A DNA stretch of 54,234 bases, counting the filler, from Sphacelaria rigidula (lineage: Eukaryota), in assembly GCA_964200075.2 (NCBI GenBank). It is 3 parts of 3 records of this genome, joined end to end, with 100 filler letters (N's around TTAATTAATTAA, not from the genome) between each part and the next. Parts side by side here need not be neighbours in the genome. Positions count along the whole stretch, not along the records: positions 18,118 to 36,126 come from CAXNAA020000938.1; 2 more parts are not named here. One strand, written 5' to 3'. The translations under genes and the position numbers were made by a program. The notes under the pieces are model-generated. The model saw only the letters and a program-made list of their open reading frames with translations, did not search any database and was not told the DNA's origin. Shown piece after piece: positions 22,022 to 35,809 of the stretch. Within the stretch, counting starts at the first letter, position 1. Each line of letters begins with the position of its first letter.

Positions 22022-25000
22022 AAACCTTTCGTGCTATGAACTGTACGACCTGAACTCTATGACCATGCACTCTACATCCATAAACTCTTGATACTATAGA
22101 CTCCTCGACTCAAGCTCTTCACTATTCTGACATAAACAGGCCGACCTATCCATTCATCAATCCTGCGTAGCTCTGCAGTCAAAACCCCTTCGTACTGAAT
22201 GTTGTACGTTGTACGTATGTTGCTGTTCATGCTGAACCGTAACTCAATCTCCCGCTAAAGTTGTATACATCTACGAAATAGATATCTTTCCAACGCACCC
22301 CCTGAAAACTATTTCCATATCTTTATTAGAAGTAAACATGACCGTACAGGAAACATGAGCAAACAGATGATTAAACCCTTCTGCAAAAACAGACAAACAA
22401 TAAACTTCCCTGAAGATATCCACTCAGTTATAGTAGTTACCACGACGCTACTACATTTGCCACGGAGTTACCACATTTGGATCCCTTTGATATATGCTTG
22501 AACGAAATATAGGTTGAGTGTTCAATCTTGTTGCATTGACCCTATACACTATAGCTCCATGAATCCTTTCAGTAAAATACAATCAAACTCATCGACATTT
22601 TCCTTGTACCATGCCTTACATGAAAAGTCAATCACTGTTTTTATGAAGTGCTGGAAGACTCACAAGAAAGATAAAGATTGTAGGGTAAATACTGGTATCC
22701 ATAAATCCTATCTGTTTGAGATCATGTGCCATTTGCCTCCTACCGAACACTGATCGCCCAGGTACCAAAACTTCCTCTACTATATTTTCTCTTTCTCCCC
22801 AAACACATCTACTAGCTCCTTGTCTGATGACGTTGTTTCTTACGTGCTGACGATGTGAGCGTCGGCGGTGACCAGAACGTCTCGTGGGGTTGTGGATGTT
22901 GTTGTCGTCGTTGCCGATGCGTCCATCCATTTTTCTTGACTTGCGATGTCGGAAGCGATGCTGATCTCCTCGTCAGTATCTGCTCCACTTGAATAGTTAT
23001 TTCCCAAACCTCCACCTGTTGTAAGAGTCTGTGATGTACTATTTTCTCTCAGTATTTGGTGACGATGTCCGCAAGTTCATTTTTGTCTCCACATGATTGA
23101 TTATCATTTGATCGTTTCTTATCATATCTTTGAGATTAAAACATTTAAAGCTAGATGTTTGCCACATGTGCTAAGTTAGAATTTGATGATATATTTAGGG
23201 CCCCTTGAGAATCTGAGAGAATAGTGGGTGTTTTCATCGATGACCAGCCAAGTTAACGTAGGAGATTCAGTAAATACATTCTAAATTTTCCACGCCTGGC
23301 TAAAGCTATCAGTTCTGCTTCAGTAGTTGAAGAAGCCGTAATTTGCTGCAGACTTGAAGAAAAATGAACTAATCCGTTAGCTCAAAAGAACATAGTTCCT
23401 GTGATTGATCTCATTCTACCTCGTGAACCTGAGTTACCGTATAAAGAATCACAATATCTTCGTAGTATCAAGTTATTTTTCGAGAAGCCGTACGTGATAG
23501 GTAGATCCGTTATCCCTTTCAAGTACCGGAATACACGTTTCACTACAACTAAATGATGGATACTTGGTTTACTCATATGGCGAGCTGCCTGAGTAACACG
23601 AAAAGCTATCTCGAATCTGGTGCATTGTGATGGAAAAATCAGACCACCTACCATTGCTTGATATTATTTTGTCTGTTCTTGGTCTAAAAGATTTTCTTCT
23701 GGTTCTTCTGTACATTGGTTTGCTATACCTGGTGTATGTACGGTGTTGCAGGAGTCCATTTTGAACTTTTGTGGAAAATTTAGTACATATTTATGCTGTG
23801 AAAGTTGGAAAAATCCTCTTTCAGAATTTCTGATGACCTCCATACCTTCAATAAGTGAGACAGGTCCCAACTCTGAAATTGAAAATTTTGTTTTGAGAGT
23901 GTCTTTTACACTTTGTAAGATTTCGATGGATGGTCCTGTAACTAGGATATCATCAACGAACAAGGTGATCATGACATAATGTTCTTGTTGCCCTCTTGTA
24001 TAAACACACGGATCATTTTCAGTCGCTTTGAAACCCATGTTCTGTAGTTCAGTGTCAATTGTAAAATTCCACAGATTAGGACTTTGACGTAGTCCGTATA
24101 AAGCACGCCTAAGACGCATCACATGTGGTTTACTAGTATCTGCATCTGATGTTTCGAATGCAGGTGCCTGTTTACAGAACACAGATTCTTTCAATCTGCC
24201 GTTGAAAAATGCGGTCTCTACATCTAGAGCTATTATGGGCCAGCTGTAGCTATTGCTAATAAAATCCTCTGACTTTCCAGTCGACGTACAGGTGCGAAGG
24301 TACTTCCACAGCCAAATCCATGTTTTTGTGCCCAACCTTGGACAACCAAACGAGCCTTAAATCTTCCATCTGCTTAAACTTTGTACACCCGAAACGCGTA
24401 CCAATTATGTTGGTGTTTGGAAGAACCACACTTGTTGGAATAGTATTTGCCCCTTTGTGGTCCGATATGCTTTGTAGTTCGTCTAGCATGGCAGCTTTCC
24501 ACTTTGTTGCAAGTGGTGAAGATAACGCTTGTTTATAGGTATTTGGAACTGGGATGGATGCAGGTGGTATTACATCTTCGATACCTATTACTCCTATATA
24601 TTGGAATCGATAACTCTTTTCGAGTGTTGATAGTATCCAACAGAGTTGATGGCGAGTTTCCGCTATTCTCTGGCTTGGCGCGTGTTTGTTCGTTGCGATG
24701 TATCATTATCTGAGCTACCCACAGAACGAAGTCGCATCGGTGCAGTTTGCTCAGAAGATGAATGCTCTGATTGAGTAATACCGTCGTATACGTTGTTGTT
24801 AGAATTAAAATTTTCTTGCTGTTCATCATTTGGAAGTTCGAAAATACCATCTTCATTACCATCCCCATTTTCTCTACCCCAAGTAGCATGTGCATCATTG
24901 GGGATAATTCTGGCTGCTTGCTCTATGAAGGTAGCATTTCTCGAACTTGCGATTCGACCAGTTCCTCGATTGTATATACGATAAGACGGACTATCAGAGT

Positions 25001-25562
25001 CGTGACCTACTAGGACACCTTCCCATGCCTTTTGTTCTAATTTATTAGTATGACGTTCTACGTCTACAAAGGCACGCGAGCCGATTATGCGCAAAAGTGA
25101 TAACTTGGCATATTTTCCGAACATTCGATGACAGGGGATTTCACCATTAATGCAACTATGCGGTAGGCGATAAATTAAAAATACAGCAGTAGCAGCAATC
25201 TCTCCCCATAAATTCTTGGGTAAATTTTTTTCATTTAATAGGTATCGGGTAACGTTTATGATAAGTTCTCCCGTCACGTTCCGACATCCCATTCTGCTGC
25301 GGCGTATATGGTGCCGTATATTCTTGTAAAATTCCCGTCATTTTACAGTATTTTCGAAAATAATCTGCTTTGTACTCTCCTCCACGATCAGTCCTGATAC
25401 GTTGAACTCGACGTCCTAGGGGAATTGCTAGACCCTGGATAAGTTTGTGAAGTGTACTCAAAGCTTTATCTTTACTTTTGATGAAATATACAACCTTCAA
25501 CCTACTGAAACAAATCAGTAAATTTAGCCATATGTTTAAAACCTGCTATTAACAGCGGATCC
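22022..25562 (-). mobile_element. Degenerate Ty1/copia LTR retrotransposon (integrase-RT-RNase H, PPT ~22296-22305, partial 3' LTR 22022-22295); 5' part missing
   Basis: IN: RIRTDRGGEY, TAPYTPQQNGMSER. RT: ALDVETAFFNG, ALYGLRQSP, LFVDDIL. RH: YCDS, ASSTTEAELIA. IN precedes RT; multiple frameshifts and stops. Confidence 0.95.
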
Positions 25563-25574
25563 TTTTTTTTCGGG

Positions 25575-28210
25575 GTTGAACTACAAAATGAGCTTCAACC
25601 TGCAAATCGTTTTCGTTGGGAAAATACCAAACAGTAACACAGAAGAAAAGTATTTCCCCCCAAAACTCCGCAGGAGGAGTTGGGCAGTTCGGGCTAGGCG
25701 CACCCAACGAATGCGGTGTACACGCGTGTCGATGGCGATATCACCAGAGAGAGGAGCAACGACAGAGAGGAAGCTCCTCCCCCTTGTCCTTTGTGTGTCC
25801 TAGCTCGGCGATTACTAATATCGCTCGAGAGACTGGCATCATCGATGTTACCAGCATATACCCAATTTTCCATGTTGTGCCTAAAGACCGAGCTGCGGAG
25901 AGATTTCGTCTCTTCGTCTTGCATGAGCATCTTACCGGTGCGAAGATCAATTTCTCTCTGGCTCTCTTTTGGACAGCACGCGCCTCTGTGCGCTGAAAAA
26001 CATGTCGTTGAAAAACAGGGCAATATTCCCGTCATCGCTACTACTGTTCTCTGTCACACATGCCCGCAGGGACGGTGCTGCGGCAAAACCAGATAGATCC
26101 AGTATGAACTTAGGGGGTGTTATTCATCGTCGATATTTCCCCACCTCCCCCCAACCGGGCACTTGATCACACGCCAGTTGGGGGGAGTGCACGAGAGATC
26201 AAACACTTGTGAAGACCTTCTCGACATGCGGAGTAAAGAACGATACCTATGGTGGTGACCTAACTGTTGCTAGCGTCGTGCAGAGGGGTGCGTCAGCTGC
26301 GATCTGGAGCTTTCGTTGATCTACTCTACTGACTGCCTGCCGTCTGCGGAGTCTGCCCAGAGGTCACACTGGGTACTGTCACATGTTATTATGTACCCCA
26401 ATTCGGAATACCTTTGGAAACGAAAGAGTTCGTTTTAAAGTACGTCGACATGGTTGAAATGACTCCCCTTACCCGAGGGACTGCGGCTTCCCCGTCCGCC
26501 CGCCAGGTATGAAAGAAGGACAGCATAGTTTTTGAGACCGCATGTAACGACCACGGGGGAACGTAGAGTATCTCGTTTATGAAAATGCCGGGGTTCCTAC
26601 CTGCAAACAGTTTGATGCCCGTTGGTTTCTAATAAGAACGTCAAGTTGTCGATTTGTGATGGTACTATACTAATTGGTAGATGCCAATGCCAGGAAAGAT
26701 TCATAGTGCTGTTCGACACTATCTTCGAACGTTTGAACGGACCCAAAGCTTGTTGCACAACTATGAGCGAGGTACTCATGGGATCGAAGTTAGGTTACAG
26801 CGTATGTTCACGGTGGGAGTGGTGTTAGCCGTTCAAAATCATCATGGTTCGGGCGCTTTGAAATATCGATATTCATTTCTTGCCCGGTACTGTTCTCTCC
26901 TGCAACGTATGGTATAAACAGGTGGGTGCAAGAGATGGACTGGGAGCTGACTACTCCACCTATCATCGATCCTGAAAAGTTCCTCGGTATCTCCGGGCCT
27001 ATGGACATGGAGTTTAAACATATCGCGCCTCGTAACTAGAGAATATTATTGGCAGCAGCTCTCCAAGAAACAACATGCTCTATCGCGCCACAGACAAGAG
27101 ATGCGCCTGCAATTTGGTTGGTAAAGCATCGGTGATTTTCGTTTGACCTGCAGTTCGATTGCATCATTCATAACAGCCGCTGCGCCTCGAGGGTGTCATG
27201 GTACAACTGACGAAATGATTTCGTGAGACTGAGGGTCTAGCGTTCATTGAGAGTGAGTTTTATTATTTGCTCCAACTTGACCAACTTTTCAAATTGTATC
27301 TGCTTTTTCTTCGCCTGTAGTACTGTCCTGAGCTTACAGCTAGACGTCGTTAACCTCCTCCGGCACATGAAAGGCTTAAGTGGCATGCTACTGCAGAAAG
27401 CGTATCGGGTATCGTGGAGGGTAAATTCGGAACCGAAAATATTTCATTGTTTGATTGGTCGCTTCTCACTCTCAATTGTATCGTACGCTCTCCATCTCAC
27501 GAAAACAGTGTTTGGCCTTGTCTGTTCGGGAAAACATTGGTTCGATTCCTTCCAGGTCGGTTCGTTTGGAGTTTTTCTTTGAAACGCCTGATTTCCACCG
27601 TTGAAAGCGTGAGGACGTGAATAACATATTAAGTTTGTTTGACTGAGTTTGTTTGAAAAGAGTCGGAACCATGCGGGTGTGCTGATCAAATCCGCGATTA
27701 TAAAGTGCATAGCGTGTACCGAGGGAGGCAGAAGATGATTCCTTGTGACCACGGACTTGTCCCGAGGATGACGGGTGTACTCATGATCTTACACGCCATA
27801 GCCATATGACCACTAATTTCGCATCCCTACAAAGCCGAGACGGAGCACGCCGGGATTTCGCCAGACCAAGCTCGTACTCAATCACAAAGCGCGAAGCACC
27901 ATGTTGTGTTCGGCGAGTCTCATGAAGGGTGAGCTGCATCCTGCCAGGATTGTTCGGCCCGAAGCGTAATGATTATCTTGCATGTGGATGACAGCTTTCA
28001 ATGAGTTGCTTCAATTTCTGGTATTGCCACTTGCAGAGACAGCCGTGGCTTATACACTGCCTCACGGGTGTCTCACGATTCGAACACCACGGAGTACGAT
28101 CATCCCCTTAGCGCCGAGTTGAGGTTTCTCCCACCCCGCTCAACATGATCTAGCTCGACCACCATCATGGTTACCGCAAGAAAAACGCAAGCGGGCAAAA
28201 AACATCGGTA
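25575..28210 (+). mobile_element. Probable decayed KDZ (Kyakuja-Dileera-Zisupton)/HMGXB3-like DDE transposase remnant, likely intron-containing
   Basis: Ordered fragments: QGNIPVIATTVLCHTC (~26015), VCGVCPEVTLG (26342), PPIIDP..MEFK (26956), KGLSG..GIVEGKF (~27370), PCGCADQ (27669), HHVVFGESHE (27897), KRNDYL..M (27962). Confidence 0.42.
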
Positions 28211-28578
28211 TGTGGAGATCGCCATGTGGGCATGTGCAGAGAGATTTCCTTTTATGACGTGTGACCTTGTGAACGGCTGTTACAGGGGTAAGTTCGCAGG
28301 AGCTCCCAAACTCCCATATCTGTACAGGCGGATCTGCGGGACCCCAAGGTAACAGGGATCTTTCCAGCGAACTACTGGCTATCCCTGGGGATCACTTTTT
28401 GACTTGGACTCTTCGACTTCGTCTTCGGGCTAACTCGCTCGCGCTCGTCGAGCTTCCCGAGTGATCTACTTGCCTCAAGCCCACGGCTTACGGTCACTCC
28501 TTGACTACATAACCCGAGGAAAATCATCGACCACCTTCGACGGTTTCTACCGTCACTGGGAGTCTCACGACTTCCACA
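28211..28578 (+). mobile_element. 5' LTR (368 bp) of the gypsy element, followed by PBS-like TGGCAACACCAG at 28580
   Basis: TGTGGA...TCCACA ends; TGG-initiated PBS 1 nt downstream; directly upstream of gag. Confidence 0.82.
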
Positions 28579-31359
28579 TTGGCAACACCAGTTTCAGACA
28601 AGTGTGCGAGAAACTCAAATATATTTGTTTCTTCCCCGTTATACATCATTCATCATGGGAAGGAACAGCAACAAAAACAGCAGAAACAAGAGCGGCGGAT
28701 CAACGGACGCAGGCGCAGGCGCGCCTTCGTCGTCTCCTGCCCAGCCGACGTTTGCTCAAGTGGCACAGGCATCGGCCCCGGCAAAGTCAGCGGCTCCGCC
28801 CGCGGCCCCCTCCTCGTCCAAGCCGGCCGCGGCCTCCTCCTTGTCTAAGCCTGGGGTTTCTTCACCCCCCTCGGAGAAAAAACCAGACAAAGGCAAAAGG
28901 AGGGCGCGAGACCCTGAGGGGAGAAAACGCCCCCAGCAGCGGCAAATGGCCGGCAACGACAGCAGCGACGGTGGCAACCGCTTTACTGTTCTCCGCGAGG
29001 AGGATGAAAGCAGCACCAGCGTCGCCGACACTGATCCCGAAAACGTGGGCAGGCCCTCTTTAACTAAAGCCGTCATGTTTTCCGACTCAGAGCCAGGTCA
29101 CATCAAGGAAGCAGCTCTTCAACTTGCGTTGAGAACTATCGAGCAACATTTTAAAGCAGGGACGGACCCTCCTCAGTGGGCTTTGCGAGCGCTGGGGATG
29201 CTGGACTCCCCTCATGACATGACATGACCCAACACGTTCATCACGTGAACAATATAGCGGTAGCAGAACAGGCAAACCCAGAGGTAGAAGTAGTGAGAGG
29301 TGGTTCGGTACATCTACGTCACGGTGATCATGCAACTAACGACACGACGCCGCCAAGCTCTCGTAGGGTACTGGCACCAACCACGCCACCTCGATTGTCC
29401 CGGGCGACTACTAATGTAGTAAATCAACTCACTGCACCAAATCATTCTCCCGGCACAAACTCTCGAACCTCGCCGACTTCCGCCCCAGTTCAACCGAGCA
29501 ACGTAGGTTACGCGTCCCCTACGAACCAACAAGTGCTCAGTAATCCTCAGGCATCACCTCACATACCTGGCGGAAAGTTTTCACCACAAAGGGCACAACA
29601 TCAGACCTCCTCACATGAAAACCAAACTTGATCAAGTGCTATCGACAATATAGTACACACGCCGCGATTCACGCTTAAGCAACACGATCTCGGTTCTAAC
29701 ATTCTCTTGAGAGTAAACTCCGAAGACATTCCAGCTATAATGCGACAGTACCGTTCCCGAGCGGAAATTAACTCGCAGGATCAATGCACGCGAGAAGAAA
29801 TCGATCGCCGATGCATCAAGCATTTACAGCTCTTACTGAGGGACACAGCCCTCGACGCTTACACGGCTCTCGTAACCGGCAGGTACTTTGGAGTGGCGGA
29901 CAGAAGCGAGTCTCGAAGCCCCTCGGGCACAAGGAGATTAAGTATCTACCCGGGCTCCCGCATCATGGGACGAGTGGGTTGATGCTTGTAAAAATTTATA
30001 CTCTCCATCTAGTCGCATAGCAATCCTATAGCTCAAATTTAAGGACCACCACACTGTGGAATCCTACACGCTGGAAGTGTCCAAAGCACACTCTCGGTTT
30101 TACGCAGAAGCCGCACAAGTCACGCCACATGGTGGGGACCCAGTTGACTTTGACGGGAGGCCAGTCAAACGGCTGCTTTTGAAGCAGGACTACCGCCACA
30201 TATCAGGGTTGAAACCGTACGAGAAGATCCAACTCATTGCTTTCAAGTTGCAAGAGCCCGCGCCTGAAAACATGAAACTCATAATCTGCGCGGGACTCAG
30301 CCCGAAATTTCCAATCTCTCTGCGACCCACGTTTCATCTCCCGCTATGCATAACTCCTCTAGGCTCGCGGAAACCGTCGCCGACCAAGGTCAGTAGATTG
30401 AGAAATTGTTAAGAGAGAAGCGGTGGGCTGGCGGAGACCGGGGAAGATAAAAAAAAAACTTCTTCACACCCCGGGGACACGTCTGGTCCATCACCTTCTC
30501 CCAGTGAGACCGGTAAACGTAGTCGGTCAGAGAGAAGAGGGGTGGGGAAAATGATGGTCAATCAAGGGAGAAGGGCGAGCGTTGCACATACAAACCGTGC
30601 AGGTTCAAACACAATCACTCCATACAGGACTGTCGACTGGCAAGAAAACATAAAAAGCAATTGTTAGCTTTAGGTGTTTGATGGTGCCCAGAGCAAGGGC
30701 CCTCGCCCAGCAATGGTACACGTGTACAAGCGAAAAGAGCAACAACCGTAGAGTCTGTCGGAGGAGTTTTCAAGGTAGCAAGCGTGACGCAAAAGAACAA
30801 CAACTTCAGGGGGAAAACTGTGCACCACGAGATGGGTGCCGATCCTCTGGTGGGAAATAAAAAGGGCAAGAAACGTGTGCGATTTGCTAGCCAAGGCGTA
30901 GCGTCTTCTGTGAGGTCATATAAGAGAGTACATGTGGAAGGGGTTACGGTTGCAAAGGCTAGGACACAAGAGCAAGTTGGGAATGAAACAGGTCAAGACA
31001 AGGTGTTCAGTGGGGAGCATCATCACCTGGGCATCGCCCCCCAAGCTGCTTTTGTAACCAAGACGTCTCTAAAACCTAATGGAAAGCACAGATCCAAAAT
31101 TTTGCCCCCAGGCTCGGCAGAATTCGAGCCCTTCTTCATGTCTTCGTTGGCCCGCTACCCTAGGAAGCCGGCAACGTTACGACCTGCATCAGCAAGGGTG
31201 CAGGTTCCCGCCAGAGTCAACGGACCGGAGGTTCCGGCCATAACCATTGATACTGCTTCGAACCCTCCCATAGTCAGTCTACAACTCATTGGTTCACATC
31301 CCACATTGAGCGAGGAAGACATTCAACCAGTCACATCGCGTTCTATTGATCTAAGAAGC

Positions 31360-31611
31360 GACACTTTCTACGATAGTCCCCCCCCTCAAAAAAGTGCATG
31401 GTTTGGGGAGGCGAAATTTTCACGTAAATCGAAATGGGAAAAGCCGAGCACAACGAGCAGCTGGGAATTCTCACGACTGGGTTCGTTCTAGCCAGTATTG
31501 CCAATATGAGGCGCTTCATGCAGCCTGAACCCAAGCATCAGGTGCTGTATGCTTATTTTTTTCGTGACACTTTTGGCTGGTTTTGGGGGGGGGGCTATCG
31601 TAGAAAGTGTC
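31360..31611. mobile_element. MITE (252 bp) inserted in the gypsy protease; 4-bp TSD AAGC
   Basis: TIR gacactttctacgatag-polyC; removing it restores the DLRSADGSPI frame; homologous to 40968-41229. Confidence 0.9.
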
Positions 31612-32193
31612 AAGCGCTGACGGTTCACCAATCACGATGAAGGAATTCATTCGCTTTGACCTCACGCTGGGTGACATAATCTTGCCCGTCGAAGCATTTC
31701 TCCTCGGGAATCTCGGGCCAGATCTCATGCTGATGGAGAACTCAGTGATGAGCGCATTTGTCGGGATTCCCGATTGGCAAGCAGAAACTTTGACGTTTCG
31801 TAGTTCAACAGTTCGCCTCACAGCTACTCACGGAAGAAAAGACAGAAAAGTTCATCCCACGTTTTCGGAATATTAATACTGTTCTGTCATACGGGTAGCA
31901 TCGGCTGAAAATGTAGCGGTGTATCAAAGAGATGCTCCGTCCCGCCTCGAAGTGAGATGGCTCTTTTTGTCGAAGCAAATGAGCCGCCAAAATTTACAAC
32001 TGAAGCGGTCACTGAGCCACGAATTGTAACGGGTGAAGACCTCCAATCCAAGAAAGTACCGGATGCTTTTAACCGCCTCGTTGTAGCACCCAGCCCGCAC
32101 CTGGTCAGCGGTCAACAAAACAGCTATGGTACAAGTAGCAAATCCGTCGAATCGACACGTCCAACTCCCAAGAAATTTGTTTTTGGGATACAT

Positions 32194-32297
32194 CTCACAA
32201 GTCGAAAAAAATGACCCGACGGAAAACGTCGGTGAAACCTCACAAGTTGAAAAAAATAAGCCGACGGAAAACGTCGGTGCAATTCCACAAGTTGAAC
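32194..32297 (+). repeat. In-frame 45-bp tandem duplication in gypsy pol (SQVEKNDPTENVGET/SQVEKNKPTENVGAI)
   Basis: Direct repeats visible in both DNA and translation. Confidence 0.85.
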
Positions 32298-34403
32298 AGC
32301 AAAATACTGACGCACGAGAAGAACTGACAACAGCGCTCCAAAATGCGTTCAAAGATACCATAGTTTCTGAAAATCAGAAAAGCCAAGTGCTCGATTTATG
32401 CACCAAATACAGGCCAGTCTTCTCACTGTCACAACGGGAGCTAGAGTGTTGTACAATCGGAGAGGCAACTTTCCCCCTGGTTCCGGGCACCAAACCCGTC
32501 GATAGGGCCCCGTATAGGGCCAATCCCAGAATCCAAGAAGTCATCGACAACTGTGTACAGGAGATAAAGTACCAGCCCATGGGGCTCTGCAGTGACAATA
32601 GTTGCTAAACATGACGGTACAGCCCGATTTTGTGTCGACTACAGATCCACGCTCAGTAAAAGTCTTGTGCGAAAATCATGGCCAATGCCTTATTTGGAAA
32701 ATCATGTAGATACGGTGACAGGAGCAAAATTTATTTCTGTCTCTGATGTACAGAGCGCGTTCCATCAGATCCCATTAGCGGAGGAGGAGAAATAAAAAAC
32801 GGCCTTCATTACAGTGAAAGGTAAGTGGGGTTTTCAACAGGCTGCCGTTCGGCTTGGCGTCTTCCCCCTTCATTTTCTCGCGAATAATGGCTCTTACTTT
32901 CTCACACTTTGGACCCAAGAGTGGTCTGTTAGTGTACATGGATGATCTGATCGCCTGCTCCTCCACATGGGACAGTCACCTGACTCTACTGGAAGACAAG
33001 TTCAAAGCACTGAAAAAAGTGGGTCTCACTCTGAAGCCCTCCAAAGCACAGTTTGGCCCTAAGGAGGTCAAGTACCTCGGCTACACTTTGTCCGCTGCCG
33101 GGATCGAAGTTGGGGAAGACCGCGTGAAAGCCATATCAGATATTACCCACACCAACGAACATCAAGCAATTACGTTCGGGATTGGGGACGATCAATTTTG
33201 TGAGGAAATTTATTCCGAACCTCGCACAGGTAACCGCTCCGTTGGAAGATCTCATACATAAAGAGGCAGCCAAGGAAGTAGCAAAACGCTGGAATCACGA
33301 ACACGATGCAGCTTTCGCGGAAGTAAAAAGGCTTTTCACTCCGGCTCCAGTCCTTCATTTTCCAGATTTTTAAAGGAGTTCACCATTCAAGTGGACGCGT
33401 CTGGAGAGGGCGCTGGGTCGGTGCTGACGCAGGATAAGGGGGGCAAAACTGTAATCGTAGCGTATTTCAGTCAGCGTTTCAATCATGCTCAGCGGTACTA
33501 CTCTGCTGCACTCAAAGAATGTTATGCAGTTGTATTAACTATACAACACTGGAGACCCTTTTTATAGGGAAGACATTTCACGTGTGTGACAGATCATCCA
33601 GCACTACGGCACCTCTATTCCATGCGAGACACGAGCAATATGTTGACGAGATGTGGACAAAAGCTTTATAGGCATTTGACTTCACGGTGAAGCACAAACC
33701 GGGAAAACTAAAGATCGTTCCGGACACTCTGTCAAGGCTCTTTTGGTTTGAAAAAGACCATAACAATGAGGCCAAACCCCTACTCGCGCCGATTTGTCGG
33801 AACGTCCCAGAGGACCCCACATTGCACGCGAAGAAACCGCACCAACCGTTTCAATTTTCAGCAGATAAACTGGATAATCTAAAGCCAGTACAGAGCGACA
33901 GAGAACTCTTTACCGTCAATGCTACCCACACAAGCGCTGCACCTAATTTCATGTTTGTAAATAAAGACAAGTTGCGAACCCAACAGGCAAGATAATATGG
34001 CTCTTATATTCAATATCTGACAGACGACGACATACCGTTACCGGAAAAGGAGACACTGACTTCTATGTCCTACTTTTCGCTTCATGACAGTATTTTGTTC
34101 ACGTCATACTTGCGGGGAAACCTTCGAAAAAAAGGCAACGACCGCGACAGACTAGTGCTACCAGAAGCTCTGGTTAATTTCGTTTTGCACTCTTATCACG
34201 ATCATGTGTTGTCTGGAGATCACCTTGGATTCAAATCGACCTATGAGAAGATTAAGAACAAATATGATCGGCCGACATTGAGCCAAGATGTGCGAAAGTG
34301 GTGTCAACGTTGCCACTCGTGTCAGAGAAGAAAGACGGCCCATAACCGTCCAAAATTGCCTGTGGGCCACGTACCTGTGAACAGACCTTTTGAGCGGATA
34401 TCG

Positions 34404-34660
34404 GAGTGATGCGACGGTAGGGGTACACAAATATGTTCTGAGGATAGAATTGTTAGGAGCCCTTTATCTCATCCAAAACACGACTTATGAAAATATGCGA
34501 AACTACGCTAGGATTTCTATCCCAATGTGCTGGGGATATCCCGAATGAATCTGGAAAGGGGGATGCCCTGACCCATATTCCTGTGCGTCTAGAATCGTTA
34601 GGAGGCCCTGAACCAGACAACATTTCGCGAAAAAAGTGCACCCATACCGTGGCATTGCTC
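34404..34660. mobile_element. MITE (257 bp) inserted in the gypsy integrase; 4-bp TSD ATCG
   Basis: Left end gagtgatgcgacggtaggggtacac matches the reverse complement of the right end, gagcaatgccacggtatgggtgcac; removal restores PFERISIDLVEY. Confidence 0.9.
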
Positions 34661-35809
34661 ATCGATAGATCTTGTCGAATACAAGACGATTTCAAATTCG
34701 TCAGCCGGTGTGCCGTGTAAGTATGTATTGTCTGTGATTAATCATCTGACACGATATGCACTGTTTATTCGCATACCGAACAAATCCGCCAATATTGTGG
34801 CAAGAAAGTTGGTAGACCGTGTCTTCCCGACATTTGCGGTACCCGAAAAACTACATTTCGATCAGGGTAAAGAGTTCGATAACCGGGTAGTATACCAGTC
34901 GCAGTTGATCCTTAAGTTTGACAAAACACGCGCGACACCATTCCGCCCTCAAGGCAACTCTGTTTCAGAACGCGTACACTCGAATTTGCTCGCCATGTTA
35001 GCCATGCATAGCTCTGTCGAACAAGACTACTCGGCGTCTATGCTACCCTTCGTGCAAATGGCGTATAATACATCATTCAACACCCCAGTGCAAGAAACAC
35101 CCTGTTTTCTCATGTTTGGACGTCAACCAAAATTACCTGTCGACATTATTTTGGGCATTTCCGAATAAGGGCACGCTGTGGATGCTGAACAATACGCGAA
35201 AGAGACGAAAGACAACTTGCAGATAGCTTTTGAGATTGCAAGACGCAATTCGAAAAAACGAGCATACGAACAAAAGGCAAGCAGCGATAACCTCCAGCCA
35301 TACCCTGTCTTTAAACCTGGCCATCAAGTGCTACTGTTCAGGCCACACCGAGACACAGACGGTCCTAATCCAAAGTTGGTATTACCATGGCGGGGACCAT
35401 ACAAGGTCGTCAAACGAATTTCTCCGGTTGTCTATAACGTCAAGATAAGCGAAGATGCGAAAGAGACGTCAGTAAACCCCGCCCACCTTAAGCAATATTA
35501 TCCATGAGAACGACCCCCAGCTCCCGAGTTTGACCGACTCGACGAGAATTTCCTGCACAAACAATTACCCCTGCCCCAACTTGACCGCTCGAAAGTAACG
35601 AAACGAAGAATTAAACGTTACATCGTTGACAAGTTGGTGGGCCACAAACGAGGCCCGGGAAGAAAGAGCCATGAAAATTACAAGTACCGTCTCCGTCTTC
35701 AGCGCTACGGGCCGTCAGCATAGTTAGAGTACCTAGCGGACGAGATACCACGATGTCAACAACTCATAAACGCGCAAAGAATAAAGCACAAGTTGAATAG
35801 TACGCGCCA

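Larger units (their letters stand above)
28211..35800 (+). mobile_element. Degenerate Ty3/gypsy chromodomain-bearing retrotransposon (gag, protease, RT, RNase H, integrase, GPY/F, chromo); no 3' LTR before the gap
   Basis: CCHC CTYKPCRFKHNHSIQDC (~30583); protease IDTAS (~31245); RT RFCVDYR, YMDD (~32935); RH VDASG, TDH; IN CHSCQ, PFRPQGNSVSER; WRGPYKV; chromo YIVDKLVGHKR..YRLRLQRYG (~35618); many stops and frameshifts. Confidence 0.95.
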
